Below, piece after piece: positions 16,154 through 26,562 of a stretch of DNA of 64,000 bases (positions are counted from its first letter, which is position 1; each line of letters begins with the position of its first letter). Source of the stretch: Candidatus Gastranaerophilales bacterium (GTDB lineage Bacteria > Cyanobacteriota > Vampirovibrionia > Gastranaerophilales > Gastranaerophilaceae); contig CAJUNK010000013.1 of assembly GCA_910587815.1 (NCBI GenBank), positions 11,481 through 75,480 on the forward strand, given 5' to 3'. Below the pieces are notes generated by a model. It saw only the letters and a program-made list of their open reading frames with translations, ran no database searches and was not told where the DNA came from. Position numbers and translations under genes: made by a program.

Positions 16154-17581
16154 TTAGCCAACAAGGCTTTTTGTAATGATTTTTATATCCAAATGCGGTA
16201 GGTTTGTAATGCGCTCGGCACATCCAACAGGGCAATAATCCCAAGGCAAGTATAAATGCCCGTTTGAAATGTTTTCTGCCGTATTTAAAGTTTCATCAAA
16301 ATATGCTTCGCCCCCGTAAATCAAAGGGTCATCCCCGCTTGCCCAAGCTGCAAATTTATCGTTAATTTTAGCTACAATGTCATCGATAAAGCCGCGGGTG
16401 ATTTTTTCTGCAACACAGACAAACTGTGAATCCTGAATACTTTTTATGATAAAATCAGTCGTTCTTTGGCAGTGTTCAAAAGTTTTTATACCTGATTTTG
16501 AAGGAAAGCTTGAATTCCTTGCGCCCCAGAAATAGTAAACACCTTTATAGTTAATAACTGTTGCAATACCAAGAGCATTGATACGGTTAGAATCCGTTGT
16601 GGGGTCATCAAGCATAAAAGAAATAGGGAATTCCATACCCTTTGCAATTGAAATCGGGGTATTGCTGATTGATTTTGCACAGTTTCTTTCTCTGTCGAGC
16701 TTTACCCTTAAACCTGCTGCCACAGGGCTTAAAGGTTTTGAAGTTGTTTTATCTTCGTATTGGTTGTATCTTTCCGTCCAAGGGCCGCATAACATTGAGC
16801 GCCTTGATGATGTTGTAAGGTCAACGCTATTAACAGGTTTAAGCCGCGCTTTTTCCATTAAATTAACGTTTGTGCTCTTTGGAACATCAAGATAAGAAAA
16901 CGCCCGAAGCCTTTCAGATATTGTTTCAATGGCAGTTCTAACGTTTTTGGATGAAAATCCGGGGGCGATAATTATACCGGGAACCACACCGTATTCTGCT
17001 ACGATATCCCAAATGGCCTGCAAGCCGGTTCTGACGTTATCTTTATCAACAGCGCCTATAATATCGGCATCTGTTACTTTGGAAAAATCAACATATTTAT
17101 AACTTGCCGTTACATTTTCTTGGCTTTCTTTAAGCGCCCCGTCTTCTAAAACCGTGATTTTACCTGTTTTTTGGTCGAATTCAAAATCCTTATCAATTTC
17201 AAGTGCATTTTCACCCTGTTTTAATACAAGATTTTGAATTCCCTTTTCAGATAAAGCGCAAACACCATCTGAAAATGTTATTGACTTATCAACAGATGCC
17301 GTATGTTTATCGTTATCAAAAACGTTTATACAATAAATATTTGCACCACCCGATAAATCAAGAATGGTTTGAACCGCTTCAGGGATTGTAAAGCCTTCAA
17401 TATTATTTCCAATATCACCGGTGTAATTGTAATTTACGATTTTTGTAACCTTCTGAGGGTTTTCAACCGCGTAAACAGGCATTGTGCCTATAATTGCAAC
17501 GCTTGATATATCGGCATCTTGAATGGTAAAATTATTGCTTTCTACTTCTTTTGATTCAACACCGTGTAAAAAATCTGTCAT
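16154..17581 (-). CDS. contractile tail sheath protein
   Basis: 475 aa from ATG 17581 (TAAAATG junction with the upstream gene; the track ORF starts 10 codons earlier). Size and position typical of Mu L / P2 FI. Confidence 0.8.
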   Translation of the reverse strand: MTDFLHGVESKEVESNNFTIQDADISSVAIIGTMPVYAVENPQKVTKIVNYNYTGDIGNNIEGFTIPEAVQTILDLSGGANIYCINVFDNDKHTASVDKSITFSDGVCALSEKGIQNLVLKQGENALEIDKDFEFDQKTGKITVLEDGALKESQENVTASYKYVDFSKVTDADIIGAVDKDNVRTGLQAIWDIVAEYGVVPGIIIAPGFSSKNVRTAIETISERLRAFSYLDVPKSTNVNLMEKARLKPVNSVDLTTSSRRSMLCGPWTERYNQYEDKTTSKPLSPVAAGLRVKLDRERNCAKSISNTPISIAKGMEFPISFMLDDPTTDSNRINALGIATVINYKGVYYFWGARNSSFPSKSGIKTFEHCQRTTDFIIKSIQDSQFVCVAEKITRGFIDDIVAKINDKFAAWASGDDPLIYGGEAYFDETLNTAENISNGHLYLPWDYCPVGCAERITNLPHLDIKIITKSLVG

Positions 17582-17582
17582 T

Positions 17583-18044
17583 TTATACTGCCTTTCTAGG
17601 AAATAACACATCTAAATCATCTTCAGATATGCTTAAATTTTTATTTTCATCGACCACTGGCAGATTCACACATACACTGAGTGAATACCAAAGGTCGCCA
17701 TTGATTTCATCTTCAAAAACAAGCTTTTTTAGCGTCAATCTTTTGTTTAAGATATCAAGCCCGTTTAAAGTCTTTACTAATTTTTTAAGAAACTCATAGG
17801 CTTCTCTGTGGTTTTGAAGATACCTTGCCGAGAAAAATACCGTGAAATTATAATCAGTATTGCAATTTACAGCCGTTAGGGTGTTTTGAACCTGAAAAAC
17901 CATATTTTCAAAACGGGTTAAGAAACATCCGGTGGGTGATGTATTGTGAAATTCTTCAAAATTTACAGGAAAAGGCAAAACATCAAATTCCGGGAATTTC
18001 TCTTCCAAAGTTTGAGATATTCTGTTTTCAACTGTATCTATCAA
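17583..18044 (-). CDS. neck/tail-completion protein (Mu gp37-like)
   Basis: Position between the DUF1320-like connector and the sheath gene. Confidence 0.45.
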   Translation of the reverse strand: MIDTVENRISQTLEEKFPEFDVLPFPVNFEEFHNTSPTGCFLTRFENMVFQVQNTLTAVNCNTDYNFTVFFSARYLQNHREAYEFLKKLVKTLNGLDILNKRLTLKKLVFEDEINGDLWYSLSVCVNLPVVDENKNLSISEDDLDVLFPRKAV

Positions 18045-18502
18045 AGTCTAAAGCCTTTCATAACGTCGTCTGAAAATATTTTTGAATTGGCGCCCTTGTT
18101 GGTTAAAATCATTGGTGCGGGTTTTGATACTTCTTTGTCCGGGTGTTCGTGCGGCAAATCCAGTATCATTGTTTCTTTTTGGATGTTTTTTAAAAGATTT
18201 ATTGCAACATCATAGCTGTCTTTTATATGCTCAGGCAGCTTGCGGGGTCGTCTTGAATAGAGTCTGAATGCCGTAAGGTCAACTGCTATTTGTGTTAAAA
18301 TCGGCGGTACAAACTTTAAGGGCAGTTTGTATTTGTTTCTAAGATATGAATTTATGATTTCATCTGCGTAAGAAATAGCGTTTTCAGCCTGTTTTGTATT
18401 GATTTCCTTAACATCCCGGGCAAGAGTCTCATCGTTTGTTAAATTGATAAGCTCTTGCATTGGAATTAAGGATGTGAGATTTTCCAAGGTACAATAAGAC
18501 AC
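18041..18502 (-). CDS. head-tail connector protein (Mu gp36-like, DUF1320)
   Basis: YCTLENLTSLIPMQELINLTNDE...AISYADEIINSYLRNKYKLPL...AVDLTAFRLYSRR follows the DUF1320 pattern. Confidence 0.7.
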   Translation of the reverse strand: MSYCTLENLTSLIPMQELINLTNDETLARDVKEINTKQAENAISYADEIINSYLRNKYKLPLKFVPPILTQIAVDLTAFRLYSRRPRKLPEHIKDSYDVAINLLKNIQKETMILDLPHEHPDKEVSKPAPMILTNKGANSKIFSDDVMKGFRL

Positions 18503-19447
18503 TTAGACTACTCCTTTAAGCAAAGCACCACAGGCCGGACAACATATTAAGTCGATGTAAGATGCATAAGGCCTTATTATTTCGCAGCCTTCTAAGCCTT
18601 TATCTTCATCAAAATATGTTCCAACCGTGTAATCTTTATACACGGCACTATATCCGTATGTTATACCGTAATCGGTTGTTGCAAGAGGGTCGATATTTAA
18701 AAGTATTATGTCATCTTCCCAACAAGATTTTATAGACGCATTTTGGCCTTTTTTTGCGCCATTCATCTTGCTTTGGCCAATAAAAATGTTTTCAAACAAA
18801 AATAATTCTTTTATTGCTTCAAAAGTTATCATTGCGGAAATTTCTGATTCACTTACACCCTTGTTAAGGGTTAAGGATTTTATTACAGATTTATCGCGAC
18901 GTAATTTAGAAAACGCACGTTCAGAAAGAACCATTGTATTAGCGCCGCCTAAAACCTTTCCTTTGTATTCTTCAATCATATCTACAGCCATAGACTTATC
19001 ACTGCCTAATTTTTCATCTTTTCCAAGATTGTAAGTGTTGCCCGTCAAATAGTTGTTTACATCCGAAAGTTTTTTGCTGAGGTCAACTTCTCTGGCAGTT
19101 TTTAGAGAGTTTACAAGTTGCATTGTCATAATGGCTTTAATATCTGTGCCTTGTTTTGCCGCACTGACTATTTTTGTCTTTGGAATCATATCTTTTAGTG
19201 AATGATTTTCAACTGATGAAGTTACTTTCTCTGAACCAAACTCCATCATGTTTGCTTCGCCTTTGTCGCCAATTCTTGTTTCAGGTATAGATGATTTTAG
19301 AATATCCTTGTAAACCAAGTGTTTAAAAGACTCCTGAGCTACGGGTACATTAGGGAAAATTTTATCAGCTATAAGCTTTTTATTTGTGTATCCGAGTGCG
19401 ACACCTGTTAATTCAGGCTCTATTTGAAATTTTTCTTCTCCTGACAT
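18503..19447 (-). CDS. major capsid protein
   Basis: 314 aa, follows the decoration and scaffold genes. N-terminal IADKIFPNVPV is like the E-type major capsid family. Confidence 0.75.
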   Translation of the reverse strand: MSGEEKFQIEPELTGVALGYTNKKLIADKIFPNVPVAQESFKHLVYKDILKSSIPETRIGDKGEANMMEFGSEKVTSSVENHSLKDMIPKTKIVSAAKQGTDIKAIMTMQLVNSLKTAREVDLSKKLSDVNNYLTGNTYNLGKDEKLGSDKSMAVDMIEEYKGKVLGGANTMVLSERAFSKLRRDKSVIKSLTLNKGVSESEISAMITFEAIKELFLFENIFIGQSKMNGAKKGQNASIKSCWEDDIILLNIDPLATTDYGITYGYSAVYKDYTVGTYFDEDKGLEGCEIIRPYASYIDLICCPACGALLKGVV

Positions 19448-19463
19448 TATTTTATTCTCCTAT

Positions 19464-19913
19464 TTAATTATCTATTCCGCTTGGAATTGATGTTTCACTA
19501 TTGGGGCTTGTTCCGTTAGGGGTTGTTGTGGGTGTTGTATCACCGCCTTCATTTGTGTTTGATGTTTCAAATGTGCGGTTTATGGTAACAATTGCCTGAA
19601 TAATATCACCGCTAACAGCATCTTGTAGTGCAACTGCGCCGATATTATCTCCGGCATCTGCTTTAATGGCATAACCGTTTTCATCAGATGTTAAAGCGTC
19701 GCCTGCACTAAAGGTACCACCCGCCAGAATCAAAGCAATCTCACCCGGCATAAACACATCTGCTATGTCATTTTCAGTAGTGTTAGTGCTGTCTGTAACC
19801 CCTATGATGTTATCCGTTGCAACACTTGCGGCTTTAATAGATTTTTCATCGTTAAATTTAACAAAGCTATATGCTGGTATTGCACTGGAAGCTTGATAGC
19901 TTTTTATCGTCAT
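19464..19913 (-). CDS. head decoration/cement protein (DUF2190-like)
   Basis: 149 aa. FVKFNDE...IIGVTDS...GEIALILAGGTFSAGDALTSDENG follows the DUF2190 pattern. Confidence 0.6.
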   Translation of the reverse strand: MTIKSYQASSAIPAYSFVKFNDEKSIKAASVATDNIIGVTDSTNTTENDIADVFMPGEIALILAGGTFSAGDALTSDENGYAIKADAGDNIGAVALQDAVSGDIIQAIVTINRTFETSNTNEGGDTTPTTTPNGTSPNSETSIPSGIDN

Positions 19914-20894
19914 CTATTTATTCCCTTTCTTTAATTCCGCCAAAGCTTGAGCTGAATTGAGCTCTATACCTGTTTTTTCAAAGTATTCTTTTTGTATTTT
20001 TTTAATGTTAGTTGCAACATCTTCAGCATCGCTGAAATTGATGGCATCATCGTCGTTGTCTTTAAAATCACGCCTGTTTGTATCTTTAAAATCAAGCTGT
20101 TTAATTGAACCTACAAGCCTTTTAAAACTTCCTTTGGCATCTATTTTTTCGCCATTTCCGCCATCATCGAACTCAAAACCTGAGTCGTTGACTGCGGTCA
20201 AGATGTTTATTACATCGCTTCTTTGTGCAGGAAGAATGCGACCTTCTGCTATCATTGTGTCCGTCCAGTCTGCAAAATCCTTTCTGTCCGCTTCATCTTC
20301 TTTAGCTTTTAATTCTGCCGTTTTTGTTTCAAGCTCTGTATTTTTAGTCTGTAGCTCAGCTTCAAGCTCGGCAATTCTGTCATTTTTTGTCTGAAGCTCT
20401 TCTTTTAGTTTGTCTTCATTACCCATAGAAAAATCCTTTTCTTCGTTATTTTCGTTATCTTCAAAATCTTCAAAATTAAAAATTGAATCATTCTCTTCAT
20501 CAAAATCAGAGAAGCAAAATTGTTCTAACCCTTTAATTGCAGGAGTCCCCCCGCCCAAAAAAGCTAAATGCCTTATAATACCATCCTTGGTAAAGCTTAA
20601 TGAACGGGTTTTAAACAGCCCCTTTTTATCTGCCTCAATAAATTCCGGCTGCACATTTTTAAATGTGGAGTATAGACTGTATCCTGCCTTGTTGTTTGGT
20701 GCAATTTTTAGTTGGTCAAACCATCCGTAGGCTGGTGAATTTGTTTGCGGGTGTCCGCAGCAAATAGGAACCTGGTTGTGCACGTTTTCATACTTTGTTT
20801 TCATAACCTCAAGGTCTAAAAGTGTACAATTAAAAGGTCTGCCTTTTGAATCCTTATGTTGACCTGTTCTAAAAATTTCACACCACTTTGCCAT
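19914..20894 (-). CDS. prohead protease/scaffold protein (Mu gpI-like)
   Basis: N-terminus EIFRTGQHKDSKGRPFNCTLLDL...CCGHPQTNSPAYGWF is Mu I-like. C-terminal coiled coil (ELEAELQTKNTELETKTAELKAKE) is typical of scaffolds. Confidence 0.7.
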   Translation of the reverse strand: MAKWCEIFRTGQHKDSKGRPFNCTLLDLEVMKTKYENVHNQVPICCGHPQTNSPAYGWFDQLKIAPNNKAGYSLYSTFKNVQPEFIEADKKGLFKTRSLSFTKDGIIRHLAFLGGGTPAIKGLEQFCFSDFDEENDSIFNFEDFEDNENNEEKDFSMGNEDKLKEELQTKNDRIAELEAELQTKNTELETKTAELKAKEDEADRKDFADWTDTMIAEGRILPAQRSDVINILTAVNDSGFEFDDGGNGEKIDAKGSFKRLVGSIKQLDFKDTNRRDFKDNDDDAINFSDAEDVATNIKKIQKEYFEKTGIELNSAQALAELKKGNK

Positions 20895-21082
20895 TAGTTC
20901 ATACTTTGCCTTTCGTTACATAAATACTTGGTAAGACTGTGTCAAATTGTTTTATGGTTCTAACATACCCTTTTTGAAAATCTCTTTCATATAAGAAGCT
21001 TAGAAAGTTACTAAATAAATTACTTATATGTAATTAATTATGCGATTTGGTATGTTGCTTGTAACACTAGAAAGGAAAACTT

Positions 21083-21382
21083 ATGCCTGAATGGTTTATT
21101 GAAATCTTAAAATTTGCAGGAATAGGCGCTTTTATGTTTTTTACTTTTTACATTTACCATAAATCAAGCGCCGAAATGTTCAAAAGCATTAGCACTGCAA
21201 ATGCCGAAATGCTTAAAGGTAATAATGACAATATGTTCAAACTTTTGGATAAAGTTATCGAACAAAATATTTTACAACTTACATATTTACAAAAAATTGA
21301 TACCAAAGTTTCAAATAATTTGTGGTGTCCAATGGTTAAAAAAATGAGTCACGATGAAAAGCAGGGGAGTATTATTGAATGA
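21083..21382 (+). CDS. small membrane-anchored protein
   Basis: 99 aa with one N-terminal TM helix. First gene of the + strand packaging block. Confidence 0.5.
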   Translation: MPEWFIEILKFAGIGAFMFFTFYIYHKSSAEMFKSISTANAEMLKGNNDNMFKLLDKVIEQNILQLTYLQKIDTKVSNNLWCPMVKKMSHDEKQGSIIE

Positions 21383-21627
21383 ATCCGGCGATTATGCAAT
21401 TAAAAATCACGAAAACAGAACAGGAAAAGAAGCTAAAGGACTTGGAACTTAAGCTTATTATGCGCTTAAATGATATCTCAAGCCGGGTTATTCCGTATTT
21501 TGAACAAATTGAAGATATAAAAGCGGCAGAAATCAGACAGCTTGGATGTGAGATTTTAGAAATCTATAATGAAGCTCTTGAATGTAAAAAGAAGCTTAAA
21601 CAGGTTAAAGAAGCGCTTGGAGAATAG
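21379..21627 (+). CDS. small coiled-coil protein
   Basis: 82 aa, start overlaps the upstream stop by 4 nt. Confidence 0.5.
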   Translation: MNPAIMQLKITKTEQEKKLKDLELKLIMRLNDISSRVIPYFEQIEDIKAAEIRQLGCEILEIYNEALECKKKLKQVKEALGE

Positions 21628-21629
21628 CT

Positions 21630-22076
21630 ATGACAAAAAAGCCCGAATATGAACCTATAGCAGCGCAATATTTTGTTGAAATGCAAATGACGGTAAGTCA
21701 GATTGCAAAAAGGCTTGATGTGTCTGAAAAGACCATTCACAATTGGAAAAAAGCAGGCGGCTGGGAAGAAAAACGCAAGCGCTATTTAAAAAGTCAGTAT
21801 TCCACAAACCAAACGCTTTATGAACTTTTGGGGGCAATTTCTAAAAATGCGCTTGATGAATTTCGGATGAACGGTACAATCCCGGACCAGAAGACCTGCT
21901 ATTTTATTATGGCGATGACCGATAAAATAGCCAAATTAAAACAATATGAAAAACAGGAAGCAGCCGAAAGAATTGAAGAATTGACCTCACAAACCGGGGA
22001 ACAACAACCCGAAACGCAAAAAACTGATACCCAAGAAATGGTTAAGAAATTCTTTGATGCTGTAATTGGGGGATAG
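21630..22076 (+). CDS. terminase small subunit (Mu gp27-like, HTH)
   Basis: MTVSQIAKRLDVSEKTIHNWKKAGGWEEKR is an HTH. Located directly upstream of the large terminase. Confidence 0.65.
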   Translation: MTKKPEYEPIAAQYFVEMQMTVSQIAKRLDVSEKTIHNWKKAGGWEEKRKRYLKSQYSTNQTLYELLGAISKNALDEFRMNGTIPDQKTCYFIMAMTDKIAKLKQYEKQEAAERIEELTSQTGEQQPETQKTDTQEMVKKFFDAVIGG

Positions 22077-23492
22077 ATGGGAATTGAATTAGCATCAAGC
22101 TTTAATTTATTTTTACCCTATCAAAAAAGGTGGTTGCTTGATACCGCCCGTTTTAAACTATCTGAAAAATCCCGCCGTACGGGTTTTACTTGGGTACAAG
22201 CATTTGAAGATGTAAAAGATGCAAATACACTTTTGGTTCGCGGGAAACCTGTTGATACTTGGTTTTCATCGGCTAACGCTTCGGCTGCAGTGGAATATAT
22301 TTTGTATTGCGAAGGTTGGGCAAAAGCTGTTAATGCAAGTTTTGAACCGCTTGGTGAAATTATTATTGATGAAGATAAAGATATAAAAGCCTTATCAATG
22401 CAATTTAAAAATGGTGCGAGAATTAACGCTTTAACGTCCAACCCCAAAGGGTTCCGCTCTAAAGGCGGCAAAGTTGTTCTTGATGAATTTGCATTTCACG
22501 AAAACCCGGTTGAATTATGGAAAGCGGCAAAGCCTGTAATAACGTGGGGTTATCCCTTAAGAATAATTTCATCATTAAATGGCACAAACAATTTGTTTTA
22601 TAAATTTATAGAAAAAATTAGAAAAGGTCAGCTGAAATGGTCTTTGCATAAGGTTGACATCTTTCAAGCCGTAGCCGAAGGGCTTGCAGATAAGATTTTA
22701 GACAGAAAATTAACCGAAGAAGAAAGGCAAGCCTGGATTGAAGAAGAAAGGCAAGGCTGCGGTGATGAGGTAACTTGGCAGCAAGAATATTGCTGTGTTG
22801 CAGTGGATGAAGGGAGCGCATTTTTACCTTATGAACTTATAAATACCTGTATTGAAGATACATTATTTGAAGATTTATCAAGCATTACAAATGATTTTTA
22901 TGTCGGTTATGATGTGGCAAGAAAACGCGACCTCTCCATAATTTCAATTTTTGAAAAATTGGGAAGCGTTTTTTATCTAAGAAAGATTTATGAATTAAAA
23001 AATGTCAAATATTCTGACCAAAAAAGCCTCATAAGCTATATTTTATCAAATCCAAAATGCCGAAGGCTTGCAATAGATAATACAGGGATTGGTAACCAAA
23101 TGGCAGAAGAATTGAAGGATGAATTCGGCTCCCGTCTTGTTGAACCTGTGACCTTTACGCCGAAAGCAAAAGAAGAGATGGCTTATAAGCTTTTATACGC
23201 TTTTCAGGATAAAAACATTAGAATTCCAGATGATGAGGCGATTAAAAACGACCTACATTCCGTTAAAAGAGTTGCAACTGATGTGTCAAACGTTATAAGG
23301 TTTGACGTTTCAAGGTCTGAAACAGACGGGCACGCAGACAGGTTTTGGAGTTTTGCGCTTGCTGTTTATGCCGGCACAAATGCACCCTATCAAAAACCGG
23401 TTATATTATCCGCTAAACCTAATGTTTACAAGGGTTTAAACGGTGAATTAAATTTAAACGGGTTAGGCGGGCTTTCAAGAGGGTTTAATTAA
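22077..23492 (+). CDS. terminase large subunit (Mu gp28-like)
   Basis: 471 aa. Has VVLDEFAF (Walker B-like) and C-terminal nuclease-type acidic residues (IDNTGIG, ETDGHADRF). Confidence 0.8.
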   Translation: MGIELASSFNLFLPYQKRWLLDTARFKLSEKSRRTGFTWVQAFEDVKDANTLLVRGKPVDTWFSSANASAAVEYILYCEGWAKAVNASFEPLGEIIIDEDKDIKALSMQFKNGARINALTSNPKGFRSKGGKVVLDEFAFHENPVELWKAAKPVITWGYPLRIISSLNGTNNLFYKFIEKIRKGQLKWSLHKVDIFQAVAEGLADKILDRKLTEEERQAWIEEERQGCGDEVTWQQEYCCVAVDEGSAFLPYELINTCIEDTLFEDLSSITNDFYVGYDVARKRDLSIISIFEKLGSVFYLRKIYELKNVKYSDQKSLISYILSNPKCRRLAIDNTGIGNQMAEELKDEFGSRLVEPVTFTPKAKEEMAYKLLYAFQDKNIRIPDDEAIKNDLHSVKRVATDVSNVIRFDVSRSETDGHADRFWSFALAVYAGTNAPYQKPVILSAKPNVYKGLNGELNLNGLGGLSRGFN

Positions 23493-23572
23493 CTTATCAA
23501 TAATTTGTATATAAAAGATATTTAACAGGGCTTTTAAAAAGGATTAAAGGGAAATTAAAAAGGATTTAAGTA

Positions 23573-25081
23573 ATGTTTTTTAATAAGATAAAAAATAAAT
23601 TTATAAAAAATGACAAATCAATTTTAGATGACTGGGCAAATACAAAAACCGTAGAAGGGTTTATGAGCGTAATTGAAATATTGCCAAACCCTGATGTGGT
23701 TTTAAAAAATGCTGGGAAACGTCTGAGTGTTTTAAGAACTTTGACCAATCACTACCAGGTAGGCACCTGTATTGATTCAAGGAAATCTGGCACATTATCT
23801 AATAAATGGGAGCTAAGGGAAAATAACTGCAACAAAGCCCATTTTGGTTTTTATGATGAAATTTTTAAAACACTTGATATCTACAAACTAACTGAAGATA
23901 TTTTAGATACACCTTTATATGGCTACAATCCAATTGAGATTTCCTATGAAAAAGATGGCAGCTATCTTTATCCTGTTAAATTAACTTCAAAGCCGCAGGA
24001 GTGGTTTCATTTTAATTCAGACGGTGAATTCTTTTTTAAGGATAAAAATATGGGTGGGAAACGCCCTATTGATTTTGAAAACGGGCTTAAGTTTCTTTTG
24101 CCCCGTCATAAAGCTACATTTCAAAACCCATACGGGCAGGCAATTTTAAGCCGATGCTTTTGGAATGTGGCATTTATTAACGGCGGTATGGAATTTTTGG
24201 TTAAATTTGCGGAGCACTTTGGTATGCCGTGGATTTTCGGGCGTTATCAAAGACAACTTTCAGAACCAGAGCAAAAAGATTTTCTTTATAAGCTAATGCA
24301 GATGGCACAAAATGCAATAGGCATAATTCCTGATGATTCAAGGGTTGAAATTGTGCCCACAGGTTCCACCGGTTCATCCGATATTCACCTTGCCTTGGTT
24401 AATAAATGTGAGGCAAATATTGCAAAATCTATTTTAGGTCAAACTTTAAGCACAGAATCAGGTCAAAGTGGTTCTTATGCTTTAGGCACAGCGCACATGG
24501 GCGTAAGAGAAGATATCGTAAATGCAGATATGCGGCTTATTGAAAAAACGGTTAATCATTTTATTAAAATTATAAATGCCATTAATTTTAATGATGATGA
24601 AGTGCCTGAATTTGCCTTTGTTGAGGATGAAGACCTTGGCATTCAAAAAGCCGAAAGAGATATTAAGGTTTCATCTTTAGGTGTTGAGTTTTCTGAAGAA
24701 TATATTTTAAAAACTTACGGTTATCAAAAAGGTGATATTAAAATTGTACCGAAGCAAACAAACCTGTCGGGGATAAATTTCAGTGATGCCGAAGATGAAG
24801 ATAACTCAGCGCATAAAGCGCCTGAAAGCAAAGATTTTTTTAGTGCCGAAAATCTTGAGAAACAAATAACACCCGCCTTAAATCCTATTATTGAATTTTT
24901 TGAAAAAAACAAAAATGCTGAAGAAGCTTTAGAAAAATTGGCTGAAGTTTACCCGGATTTAAACACGGAAGAGCTTGAAGAAATGCTTACTAAAGTTATT
25001 TTTATTTCGGAGCTTAAGGGCAGGCTTGACATTCAGGAACACCGCAAAAGGATGGATGAAAGATTTAAAGATGGCAATTAA
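23573..25081 (+). CDS. portal protein (Mu gp29-like, DUF935)
   Basis: 502 aa, between the terminase and MuF genes. Confidence 0.8.
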   Translation: MFFNKIKNKFIKNDKSILDDWANTKTVEGFMSVIEILPNPDVVLKNAGKRLSVLRTLTNHYQVGTCIDSRKSGTLSNKWELRENNCNKAHFGFYDEIFKTLDIYKLTEDILDTPLYGYNPIEISYEKDGSYLYPVKLTSKPQEWFHFNSDGEFFFKDKNMGGKRPIDFENGLKFLLPRHKATFQNPYGQAILSRCFWNVAFINGGMEFLVKFAEHFGMPWIFGRYQRQLSEPEQKDFLYKLMQMAQNAIGIIPDDSRVEIVPTGSTGSSDIHLALVNKCEANIAKSILGQTLSTESGQSGSYALGTAHMGVREDIVNADMRLIEKTVNHFIKIINAINFNDDEVPEFAFVEDEDLGIQKAERDIKVSSLGVEFSEEYILKTYGYQKGDIKIVPKQTNLSGINFSDAEDEDNSAHKAPESKDFFSAENLEKQITPALNPIIEFFEKNKNAEEALEKLAEVYPDLNTEELEEMLTKVIFISELKGRLDIQEHRKRMDERFKDGN

Positions 25082-26381
25082 AGAAAAAGAACTTGAAGCC
25101 GCTTTTTATATGAAGCCAGAAGAAATTGTTGATTTCTTTAAACAAAAAGGGCTTAAAACTTCATTCAACTGGCATGAGGTTTATGAAGATGCACACGCCA
25201 AAGCTTTTACCGTGGCCAAAATGACTGAGCTTGACTTATTATCCGACACAAAAAAGCTTTTAGAACGCGCAATAGAAAACGGTGAAAGCTTTTCAACCTT
25301 TAAAAAAGATGCTAAAAAACTTTTTAGTCAAAAAGGCTGGAGCGGATTTAAAGAACTAAAAGACCCAAAAACCGGAGAAATAATAAAGGCGGAACTTGGC
25401 ACACCAAGGCGTATGAAGCTGATTTATGACTGCAATATGAATTCAGCCTATGCGGTTGGACGATATCGCGAAATGCTTGAAGAAATTGATGTTGCGCCAA
25501 TTTGGGTATTTAAAACAATGGCAGACGGCAGAGAACGTCCTGCACACGCAGCAATGCACGATAAGGCGTATAGGGCAGATGATACATTTTGGCTTGTTTT
25601 TATTCCGCCCTTGGACTGGGGTTGCAGGTGTTATGTTATAAACCTCACAAAATATCAGGCAGAACAGCTCGGAATAAAGGTAGAATCTACGGATGGCAAA
25701 ATTAAGCCTTCGATAGTAATAGTGGATGGTAAAGAAATGCCTACACAAACATATACCTTTGAAAGTGCGGGTAAAATAATAAATTTAACACCCGGTGCAG
25801 GATGGGGAACAAATTTAGGGGTTAAAGGCTGGGGTATTGATGTTCAAGCTTGGAATAAAGTTGAAGGACTTCCCGAACAAATTAAATATAATTTTATAGC
25901 CAAAATGGCCGAAAATCCGCACAAAAAGGAGGCATATACAACCTGGGTAGAAAATATTTTTAAGAATGGGTTCAAAAATACTCTACAAGAAAAAACTTTA
26001 ACCTGGATTCAGCCTGAGTTGTTTCAAAAAATAGATAAAACACCAAGCTCTCCAATTGTCGTAATTCAAAATGACCAAATAGGACATTCCGGAATGCATA
26101 AACAGGCTGCGCAAGCTTTGACAAAGGAAGAATACTTGCAAATTTACAATATTGTAAATAAACCTGATGAAGTTTACTGGGATTACACTAATTCAAAATG
26201 GAAACAAATTGCTTTTATACATAAAATTCCAAACAGCAATAAATGTATTAAAGTATGTGTGCGTTTTAATCAAAAAAGCAAAAGGAAAGAAATCAAGTAT
26301 CCAATTTCTAGGGTTACCACCATTGGAAAAGTTAATTACTATAATTTGTCTACTGGAAAAGATTACAAAAAAATAGAGTAA
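25071..26381 (+). CDS. MuF (gp30) head-morphogenesis protein with a C-terminal nuclease-like (PBECR-type) extension
   Basis: The Mu_F motif RPAHAAMHDKAYRADDTFWLVFIPPLDWGCRCYV is followed by about 230 further residues ending VVIQNDQIGHSGMHKQAAQALTKEEYLQIYNIVNKPDEVYWDY...IAFIHKI...IKVCVRF. Start set at ATG 25071, overlapping the portal stop. Confidence 0.75.
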   Translation: MAIKEKELEAAFYMKPEEIVDFFKQKGLKTSFNWHEVYEDAHAKAFTVAKMTELDLLSDTKKLLERAIENGESFSTFKKDAKKLFSQKGWSGFKELKDPKTGEIIKAELGTPRRMKLIYDCNMNSAYAVGRYREMLEEIDVAPIWVFKTMADGRERPAHAAMHDKAYRADDTFWLVFIPPLDWGCRCYVINLTKYQAEQLGIKVESTDGKIKPSIVIVDGKEMPTQTYTFESAGKIINLTPGAGWGTNLGVKGWGIDVQAWNKVEGLPEQIKYNFIAKMAENPHKKEAYTTWVENIFKNGFKNTLQEKTLTWIQPELFQKIDKTPSSPIVVIQNDQIGHSGMHKQAAQALTKEEYLQIYNIVNKPDEVYWDYTNSKWKQIAFIHKIPNSNKCIKVCVRFNQKSKRKEIKYPISRVTTIGKVNYYNLSTGKDYKKIE

Positions 26382-26490
26382 TTGTGGGTTCGTCATGCCC
26401 TATAACAGGAATTACCCCGCCATATACGATTTATTTGGACTATCAATTACTCTATTACTTTTATTATAACAAATTTAAAAAACTTTTAAA

Positions 26491-26552
26491 GAGGTGCGTG
26501 AGCCGGTGCGATTTTTTTAAGGCGATGAGCCTTGAAAAATAAGCACTACGCA
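26491..26552. repeat. GC-rich intergenic element, copy B
   Basis: GAGGTGCGTGAGCCGGTGCGAT...GGCGATGAGCC...AAGCACTACGCAAGGAG, immediately upstream of the 109-aa gene RBS. Confidence 0.5.
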
Positions 26553-26562
26553 AGGAGATAAA

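Noticed and set aside
16038-16244. 68-aa minus-strand ORF bridging the sheath and tube genes
   Set aside because: It overlaps the 3' end of the sheath gene and the 5' end of the tube gene in another frame, has a basic low-complexity sequence, and leaves no room for an independent gene.
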